Below are positions 35,353 to 41,697 of a stretch of 50,803 nt of DNA, piece after piece. Under the pieces are notes generated by a model. The model ran no database searches. It was not told the DNA's origin and saw only the letters and a list, made by a program, of their open reading frames with translations. How positions within the stretch are numbered: position 1 is the stretch's first letter; every line of letters starts with the position of its first letter. The position numbers and the translations under genes were made by a program. Location of the stretch: the NCBI GenBank assembly GCA_028691445.1, contig JAQUZH010000002.1, positions 1 to 50,803 on the forward strand, read 5' to 3'. Source of the DNA: Bacteroidales bacterium (lineage in GTDB: Bacteria; Bacteroidota; Bacteroidia; Bacteroidales; JAQUTK01).

Positions 35353-36543
35353 TTATCTGAAATTCTGAATGTCTTGTAAAAACAAATAATGCTCATTGGC
35401 TTTCACCATTTTCACCGGATCTTCCGGTTTGGGTTGTTTCAACCGACGCTCGTATGCTTTTCGTTGTTCGGGCGTCATCTTAGCTAAGTCTGTCTGCGAC
35501 AAGGCCGGACGGCGAGCACGGCTACCTCGGGGAGGAGCGTTACGCCACGTAAGGAAATAAGCTGATTGATACTTGGCGAGTATTTTCAATAAGTCGGCAC
35601 TGATTGGGCCACACTCACTCAAGGCATGCAGTTTCTTTTTCTGTGATGCAAGATTGGTTGTAAACGCAAGCGCCTTATCTATGCTCTGGTTAAACTCTTC
35701 ACCTTGACCATACCAGTCCATCGACAATACGTCAATGTATTCGTCACCCGGATATCCCACGAGGTATTCTTCCGGAGAGTACACCTTATCAGTATTGTAC
35801 ATATATAGGATGTTGTGCAGTCCCTTGGAGCGAAGATACGTTACGGTGTATCGCCAAAGTTCGGCATATTCTTCATCGCTGCAACGGCCACGTCCCCACC
35901 AGAAGAAGCTGCCTGAGTGTTCGTGATATGGACGGAACAGGAATGGAATCAGTTTATTTTGATCGTCTTTCCAGGTTAGGAAGAATTTGGCTAATCTATC
36001 CAGCCACGAGTTAAACATCGCATGATTACAACCGCCGGGTAGCACGCTCTTCACCGCATTCTGATCATTGGCCGAGAGAAATCCCACCTCCCAGGCAGAC
36101 CCTGCTCCATTCGGTTCTTTGACACCCGGCCATTGCGACGAGATGGGGTTCACACAATGCCAACTGACTGTGATAATTCCGTTTTGTTGAGTATACCACC
36201 ACTTAGCGCGTTCGGTGATAGACGAGAAGTAGTTCGAGTCGAGACTGTATTTGCCTCCCAATTCCAATTCACCCAGTTCGAATCCCGCTAAAGCAGGATA
36301 ATCGCCTGTGGCTTCTTTGGTATCCGAACGATAGTTATCTTTATCATACCACCAATCGTACCCGGTCACCAGGTCGTCCTGATGTCCGTACATAGTACCT
36401 TTGGACTGGATTTTCTGCAAACGTGCAAAAAGAGCTTTTGCTTCAGGTGTAGCCTCTGGGTCGGCCGGTTGCCACTGTTGTGCTGAAAGCACCGAACAGA
36501 AACAAAAAAGGAACAAACCAACTATACTTTCTCTCATAGTCAA
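35353..36543 (-). CDS. GH26 beta-mannanase (single-domain, secreted/periplasmic)
   Basis: 396 aa with a signal peptide. GH26 motifs are MYGHQDD, ITVSWHCVNP and LFRPYHEHSGSFFWWG. Confidence 0.88.
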   Translation of the reverse strand: MTMRESIVGLFLFCFCSVLSAQQWQPADPEATPEAKALFARLQKIQSKGTMYGHQDDLVTGYDWWYDKDNYRSDTKEATGDYPALAGFELGELELGGKYSLDSNYFSSITERAKWWYTQQNGIITVSWHCVNPISSQWPGVKEPNGAGSAWEVGFLSANDQNAVKSVLPGGCNHAMFNSWLDRLAKFFLTWKDDQNKLIPFLFRPYHEHSGSFFWWGRGRCSDEEYAELWRYTVTYLRSKGLHNILYMYNTDKVYSPEEYLVGYPGDEYIDVLSMDWYGQGEEFNQSIDKALAFTTNLASQKKKLHALSECGPISADLLKILAKYQSAYFLTWRNAPPRGSRARRPALSQTDLAKMTPEQRKAYERRLKQPKPEDPVKMVKANEHYLFLQDIQNFR

Positions 36544-36630
36544 ACTATTTATTTTAAATGTAAAAAATTCAGGTAACGTACTCTTTTACTCGTCGTCATC
36601 AACAGCAAAGTCTTTGAACAGGATTCCGGC

Positions 36631-37950
36631 TTACTGACCGAACGCCCCATACACTTTGCTAAGAAAATCCGGATATAACCACTCATTGCGAGGCATGTTT
36701 ATGTAATACAGGGCAATCATGTTATTTGCCGGATCGATAATGTACTGCGTTCCATACATGCCACCCCATGCGTAAGCAGTGTTTGAGACTTCGGGAGATG
36801 GTTTCTTTTGCTCATTGTAGAGTTCAAAACCAAGACCGAATTGAAAGCCCTTTCCGCCAGCGTTTTTTTCCGGCAACCGATTGATCGTGGTCATCAGTTC
36901 GACGGTTTCAGCTTTCAAAATACGGTGACCATTAAACTCGCCTTTATTTAATAGCATCTGACAGAATTTAGCATAGTCTTCAATCGGTCCATTTAATCCA
37001 CTCGCACCTTCGCAATACGTCTGTTGTTTGCTGACGGTTGCTTCGCTAAACATATTAGAGGCAGGCTCCAGCTTTCCATCTACTAAACTGTAAGCCTTCA
37101 CGAATTTAGACAGTGCCTCTGGTTCATAATACCAGTCTGTTTGGTTCATGCCAAGAGGTGTAAGCACCGTTTCTTTGACATATTCACGCAATGATTTTCC
37201 GGAAATACGTTCAATCATATATGCGAGCATATTGGTGCTTATATGGTAGTTGTATTCCGTGCCCGGATCAAATCCGAGAGGATATTTCGCCAAATCGAGC
37301 ATTCCATCTTTTAGATATCTTGCCTTGTTATCACCCGCTGCGGTACGCTGACCATTCGTGTTCTTTCGCTGCATGCCCGGTTGGGCAGAGGCGCCAGACT
37401 TTTTCCTTTCCGCTTTTCGAATTTCGCCAACCAGTCCGGCATTCAAGCCGGAAGCATGCGACATCAAATGCGCAAATGTCATAGGACTCTTTACTGGGCG
37501 AGTCTCGTACGTGCCATCCTCGTTTACTTTTGTCACAACCCGATCGGGTATTTCAGGAAAGAATTTCGATACCGGATCGTTAATTGACACCAATCCTTTT
37601 TCCACAAGGGTCATGAAAGCGACCGTAGTAATCGCTTTGGTTTGTGAGAATAGGATGTAGTAATCGTCAACGGTAGATGGAACTTTATTCTCAAGATCCT
37701 TCCAGCCAAATGCCTTTTTATACACAACAGTACCTCCTTTAGCAACAAAAGCAGCCACACAGTTCAGTTTTTTGTTGTCGATAAATGCTTGCAACAAAGA
37801 ATCGAGACTTTTGACTTTGTTTGACTGTATGTTTAACGCTGAGAGATCAGCTATGGATTGAAATTGTTGAGGAGTAGCTACCTTTTGCGCCGAAACAGTG
37901 CTACTGACTACAATGACAGCAAGGAGAAAGAAAAGCGTTTTTGATTGCAT
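36631..37950 (-). CDS. Beta-lactamase-fold serine hydrolase (family VIII esterase / class C beta-lactamase-like)
   Basis: 439 aa with a signal peptide and an SxxK active-site motif (LFSQTKAIT). The length and pattern fit the serine hydrolase (PBP/beta-lactamase) family. Confidence 0.8.
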   Translation of the reverse strand: MQSKTLFFLLAVIVVSSTVSAQKVATPQQFQSIADLSALNIQSNKVKSLDSLLQAFIDNKKLNCVAAFVAKGGTVVYKKAFGWKDLENKVPSTVDDYYILFSQTKAITTVAFMTLVEKGLVSINDPVSKFFPEIPDRVVTKVNEDGTYETRPVKSPMTFAHLMSHASGLNAGLVGEIRKAERKKSGASAQPGMQRKNTNGQRTAAGDNKARYLKDGMLDLAKYPLGFDPGTEYNYHISTNMLAYMIERISGKSLREYVKETVLTPLGMNQTDWYYEPEALSKFVKAYSLVDGKLEPASNMFSEATVSKQQTYCEGASGLNGPIEDYAKFCQMLLNKGEFNGHRILKAETVELMTTINRLPEKNAGGKGFQFGLGFELYNEQKKPSPEVSNTAYAWGGMYGTQYIIDPANNMIALYYINMPRNEWLYPDFLSKVYGAFGQ

Positions 37951-37976
37951 GGTTTCATTCTTTATTGATCATCGTT

Positions 37977-38864
37977 TTATTTCACTTTCCCTTTTCCTGG
38001 TTTAGCAGCAGTTTGCGTACCACTGTCGGCCGAAATCCCAGCCTTATCAGCCAGTTGGAGGAAGTTCCACATAGCCGGTCTCCATGCGCCACCACTATGT
38101 CCTTGTCCTTCAGCTACCCAAGAATAACAGGGAATATTATTTTTCTTACAATAGTCCACCGTCGCAACATTCGAGTCGATAATGATTTTATAATCATTTT
38201 GCGCCCAGGAGATGAACAAGCATTTGATCACCTGTTTAGCACTGTCTCCGTTATTGGGAAACAGCACGTCATCCGCCTTTTTATTAGGTGCAGCCGAACA
38301 AGGGCTCAGATAGTGGAAGTTGTTCAGATGCTTACATCCGACGTTGAAGGTATAGCCGCCACCCCAGGAATAACCGAAAACTCCACGGTGATCGGCATCC
38401 GCATACGTGGAATAATGCGAATCTATGTAGGGAATAGCATCGTGGATCGTTACCTCTTCGACATTGCTATTGTTGCCGTTAAACTGGTCGTCAAGAGCTA
38501 CGATGATCACACCTTTGGATATCTTCCCTTCACCAATCAGATTGTCGCTGATGATGCCGGCCTTAACCCACGCGCCATTAAATATGCAGCTTGCCTTGTC
38601 GGTGATGCCCTGGTAACAAAAAATGACGCCATATTTTTGGTTTTTGTTATATCCCGGAGGAGTATAAACCAACATATCCACCTTCTTTTGGGCTACAGTT
38701 GAGTAAAAGTCGACAGTATCAACCAAGCCGGCGGGGTAACGGCCCGGCTTATCAAAAGTACCGTTATCGGGGCCTCCAGTGGGCATGGTAGGGAGATTTT
38801 GTGCCTCCAAAGCAGAAGAAAGCAGGAAAGCACATAACAAGAATAGTCTGGATAAATTTTTCAT
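37977..38864 (-). CDS. Esterase-D/CE1-like 'putative esterase' family hydrolase (secreted)
   Basis: 295 aa with a signal peptide and the nucleophile elbow GYSWGG. The C-terminal GQGHSGGAW carries a His. The overall pattern matches enterochelin-esterase/feruloyl-esterase-like proteins common in hemicellulose loci. Confidence 0.75.
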   Translation of the reverse strand: MKNLSRLFLLCAFLLSSALEAQNLPTMPTGGPDNGTFDKPGRYPAGLVDTVDFYSTVAQKKVDMLVYTPPGYNKNQKYGVIFCYQGITDKASCIFNGAWVKAGIISDNLIGEGKISKGVIIVALDDQFNGNNSNVEEVTIHDAIPYIDSHYSTYADADHRGVFGYSWGGGYTFNVGCKHLNNFHYLSPCSAAPNKKADDVLFPNNGDSAKQVIKCLFISWAQNDYKIIIDSNVATVDYCKKNNIPCYSWVAEGQGHSGGAWRPAMWNFLQLADKAGISADSGTQTAAKPGKGKVK

Positions 38865-38950
38865 ACAATAAAGTGTTGGTAAATGGATAAATCCAAGGTT
38901 ATTAAGACGTTATCAAGTATAATTCTGATTGCAGCATTGTATTGACGGTG

Positions 38951-38958
38951 CAAATGTA
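38951..38958 (-). promoter_or_regulatory. Candidate -7 box (TACATTTG on the minus strand) of the esterase/GH26 operon
   Basis: Plus-strand CAAATGTA. The octamer is identical to the GH5 operon -7 box. Confidence 0.5.
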
Positions 38959-38989
38959 ATGTGTTATATCAACACGGAAGAGACATTTT

Positions 38990-39015
38990 TTATCAGAAAG
39001 TGATACTATCTTATC
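38990..39015 (-). promoter_or_regulatory. Site C of the conserved 26-bp direct-repeat element (minus-strand GATAAGATAGTATCACTTTCTGATAA)
   Basis: See site A. The proximal end (38990) is 32 nt from the -7 box start (38958). The surrounding ~50 nt are also similar to the site B region. Confidence 0.55.
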
Positions 39016-39320
39016 AATGTTCAAAAACAGTGGAGACAGTACCTTATATATAGGTGTTTGACTAAACATAAATGGATACAAAAAGCCTCCGGGCAAACAA
39101 AAATGGGAGCCATTATCCACCGAGCAAGTAAAAAGGCGGAAACCCAATAAGCCTCACAGCATACTGAAGAGCGGTCTTGGTGCATTTGGTGCATTAAAAT
39201 CAAGGGTTCTGCCCTTTTGCAGAATGAAAAATAAAAAAAAATATTTCAGAAGGAGATCTCTATTAAAAGTCCTCAGCAAGAGGTACTTATCCATGAGTCA
39301 AATCGTCTGTATGAATGGAT

Positions 39321-39386
39321 AAAAACATCAGGACGTTTGCATCGTTTCATCTATATGAAACGGAAGAAACATCCTGATGTTTTTTT
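39321..39386 (+). terminator. Nested-hairpin intrinsic terminator in an otherwise gene-free 840-bp intergenic region
   Basis: Outer stem ACATCAGGA (39325-39333) / TCCTGATGT (39372-39380). Inner perfect 8-bp stem CGTTTCAT (39343-39350) / ATGAAACG (39355-39362) with loop CTAT. Followed by a T7 run (39380-39386) and preceded by A5. Confidence 0.55.
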
Positions 39387-39705
39387 AAAAGAGTTCTTAT
39401 CCGATGGAGAAGAGAACCTGATGATTGACGATGCGCAACCATTACCAGCTGTACAGAGAGTAAAAAGTGTTTGAGCCTGCTTCTTGAGGTCAAAACTGTA
39501 ACAATACGAATGTGATACTTTCTTATCTTTTCTTTTGCAATAGCTTATTTGCCAGCAAATTACTTCTTTTCAGCATGTAAGACTCTGATAAATTTGGTTT
39601 ACATTCGCACCGTACTCCTGAGAGAGAAAGTAAATGAGAATCAATTTATAGCGTTGTTGCTCATCAGAGACACAATGTATTGCGCAAATAAAACAAACAG
39701 ATACT

Positions 39706-40095
39706 ATGCAAAAGAGAATGAATAAAGTAATGTCAGTCATTACACTGTGGTTTGTAGCCTCAGTTGCCACTCCTTTATCTGCTCAGACAGAGGTGATGGC
39801 CTGGGGAAACATGACAGGGGTTCGTGTCGACGGGGAACTGATCGAATTCGAATCATCCTTACGAGTTGCAGCTGATGGCTGGTCGACCATTCAAGCAACA
39901 GGAAAAGAGAGGCAACGTCCCTCTTACCACCGCGAGGGTGAGAGGCAAACAGTGACTACACGGATAGGGAAGTTGACATTCAAACAGGTTGTCACCGATA
40001 TGCAACGCGGAGTGGCTCAGGTAGAGATAACTACGAAGTCTGATACGACTCTGCGCGCTGCCGAGGGGGGGATTCTTCTGTATAGAACTTCCTGA
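39706..40095 (+). CDS. N-terminal fragment (signal peptide + beta-sandwich start) of a frameshifted GH30-like glycoside hydrolase gene
   Basis: 129-aa ORF with the signal peptide MNKVMSVITLWFVASVATPLSAQ. It terminates 24 nt after a G7 run (40065-40071). Removing one G fuses it in frame to the 40124 ORF. Confidence 0.6.
   Translation: MQKRMNKVMSVITLWFVASVATPLSAQTEVMAWGNMTGVRVDGELIEFESSLRVAADGWSTIQATGKERQRPSYHREGERQTVTTRIGKLTFKQVVTDMQRGVAQVEITTKSDTTLRAAEGGILLYRTS
40065..40071 (+). other. G7 homopolymer at the frameshift point
   Basis: gccgaGGGGGGGattc. The +1 frame is open from 40070 through the ATG at 40124 (GFFCIELPDHRYSDGFVKM...). Confidence 0.9.
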
Positions 40096-40123
40096 TCATC
40101 GTTATTCGGATGGCTTTGTAAAG

Positions 40124-41650
40124 ATGGGTGGAACACGTGTGACTATTGCTCAGCTCCAGAAAGGTGCCGTCTCAAAAAAATCAAATGCGAAAGAGATCAC
40201 TATCACGACCCCGTCGCGTCAGATCAAACTGGCTTTTGCATCCAGAGTCTCTGCTTTTGTCCGCAAAGAGGCAGGCAGCGCGGCAACGCTCTATGTGCAG
40301 TTGCTCCCTTCAATTGAAAAAGGAAAGGAAGTAACGACCAGCTTCCAACTACATGCAGATGGAGTTATTGACCATTCAGATGCAACTATTCATCTGGATG
40401 TAACTAATCCGGGACGTTTGTTTGCAGGCTTTGGCGGTAATTTCCGTTTGCAGAATCCCAGTCAGGATCCCAAAGTGATCGATTATTGTTTGGCAAACTT
40501 ACGTGTAGCGTATGGACGGATTGAATTTCCCTGGCGTAACTGGCAGAAGGAAGAGAACAGCGATCCTATCGCGGAGGCCTATGCGGGAAATCTGGATGGG
40601 AAAGTGCGTGACGCTGTTTTGATGGCTCAACGTCTGAAAGCGAAAGGCATGCCCCTCATCATTAGTTGCTGGTTTCCTCCCACTTGGGCTATTGCAGGTG
40701 ATCCTCGAAGTTATAGACGCAACGGTGGTATTCAGGCCTACAAACTGGATCCCGAAAAGCAAGAAAAGATTTACAAATCGTTATCCGACTATCTGGTATT
40801 TATCAAACAGAAATATGGTATTGAAGCCCAGCTGTTCTCCTTTAATGAGTCTGACTTAGGCATTGATGTTCTTTTTTCTCCTCAGGAACATGCCGATTTT
40901 ATAAAAGGTTTTGGCGCATATATGGCCAAACGGGGATTAGCAACAAAGATGTTGCTGGGCGATAATTCGGATGCAACGACATTCAATTTTCTTGTTCCGG
41001 CAATGAAAGATCCGGCAACACATCCTTACATAGGTGCAGTTTCGTTTCACTCCTGGAGAGGGTGCGATGATATGACTTTGCATAAATGGGCCGGTGCTTC
41101 AAGAGCATTGAATGTTCCCCTGATCATCGGAGAGGGCAGTACTGATGCCGCTGCGCATACCTATGCCGAGATCTTCAATGAATCTACTTTTGCGCTTTAC
41201 GAAATAAACCTTTATACACGTATCTGTGCCATCTGCCAACCGTTATCTATTCTGCAATGGCAGCTGACTTCAGACTATTCCTTGCTGTGGGGTGATGGCA
41301 TTTATGGATCCCAGGGTCCTTTGCGTCCGACGCAACGCTTCTGGAATATGAAGCAGTTGGCATCCACTCCGGAGGAAGCATTCTCCATCCCGGTAACGTG
41401 TTCAAAGAAAGAAGTAAACTGTGCTGCATTTGGCAATATTGCACAAGGGAAGTATGCAGTGCACTTGGTCAACAATGGTGCAAAAAGTCAGGCTATCATC
41501 ACAGGGATACCGGAAGGCACAACCGACCTACAGATCTATGTGACCAATTCGGTGGATGGTATGAAAGAGAATGGCACAGCTAAAGTGGAAAACGGTCGGG
41601 CAACTATTTCACTGCCTGCTATCAGTTTTATAACATTACTTTCCAAATAA
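40124..41650 (+). CDS. C-terminal major fragment of the same gene: clan GH-A TIM-barrel glycoside hydrolase, GH30-like
   Basis: 508 aa with no signal peptide of its own. The GH30-like succession is FAGFGGNF, RVAYGRIEFPW, CWFPPTWA, the acid/base-like FSFNESD and the nucleophile-like IIGEGS. The family call is tentative. Confidence 0.5.
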   Translation: MGGTRVTIAQLQKGAVSKKSNAKEITITTPSRQIKLAFASRVSAFVRKEAGSAATLYVQLLPSIEKGKEVTTSFQLHADGVIDHSDATIHLDVTNPGRLFAGFGGNFRLQNPSQDPKVIDYCLANLRVAYGRIEFPWRNWQKEENSDPIAEAYAGNLDGKVRDAVLMAQRLKAKGMPLIISCWFPPTWAIAGDPRSYRRNGGIQAYKLDPEKQEKIYKSLSDYLVFIKQKYGIEAQLFSFNESDLGIDVLFSPQEHADFIKGFGAYMAKRGLATKMLLGDNSDATTFNFLVPAMKDPATHPYIGAVSFHSWRGCDDMTLHKWAGASRALNVPLIIGEGSTDAAAHTYAEIFNESTFALYEINLYTRICAICQPLSILQWQLTSDYSLLWGDGIYGSQGPLRPTQRFWNMKQLASTPEEAFSIPVTCSKKEVNCAAFGNIAQGKYAVHLVNNGAKSQAIITGIPEGTTDLQIYVTNSVDGMKENGTAKVENGRATISLPAISFITLLSK

Positions 41651-41697
41651 CACAGTACCTGATGGGCTGTCATGTATAAGAATAAACTATTTTAAAA

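Noticed and set aside
37941-38702. 253-aa plus-strand ORF covering most of the esterase gene on the opposite strand.
   Set aside because: It is antisense to an ORF with a clear signal peptide and a GxSxG esterase motif. Its own product is low-complexity with no recognisable motif, so it is a typical shadow ORF.
38902-39203. Two overlapping minus-strand ORFs (81 and 60 aa) and a 19-codon plus-strand ORF (MDTKSLRANKNGSHYPPSK) in the long intergenic region. I considered a decayed transposase or integrase remnant.
   Set aside because: I could see no recognisable recombinase, HTH or DDE motif in any frame, and no terminal inverted repeats or target-site duplications. The evidence is insufficient to call a mobile-element relic.
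39502-39527. A fourth, partial copy of the mannan element (CAATACGAATGTGATACTTTCTTATC) upstream of the GH30-like/GH2 unit.
   Set aside because: Only the distal half resembles the consensus, and the second TTATC/GATAA half-site is missing. Its orientation points away from the plus-strand gene, there is no CAAAnnTA box 32 nt to its left, and its spacing to the plus-strand TAAATTTG box (39589-39596) differs from that of the three good sites. It may be a decayed copy. I do not call it an operator.
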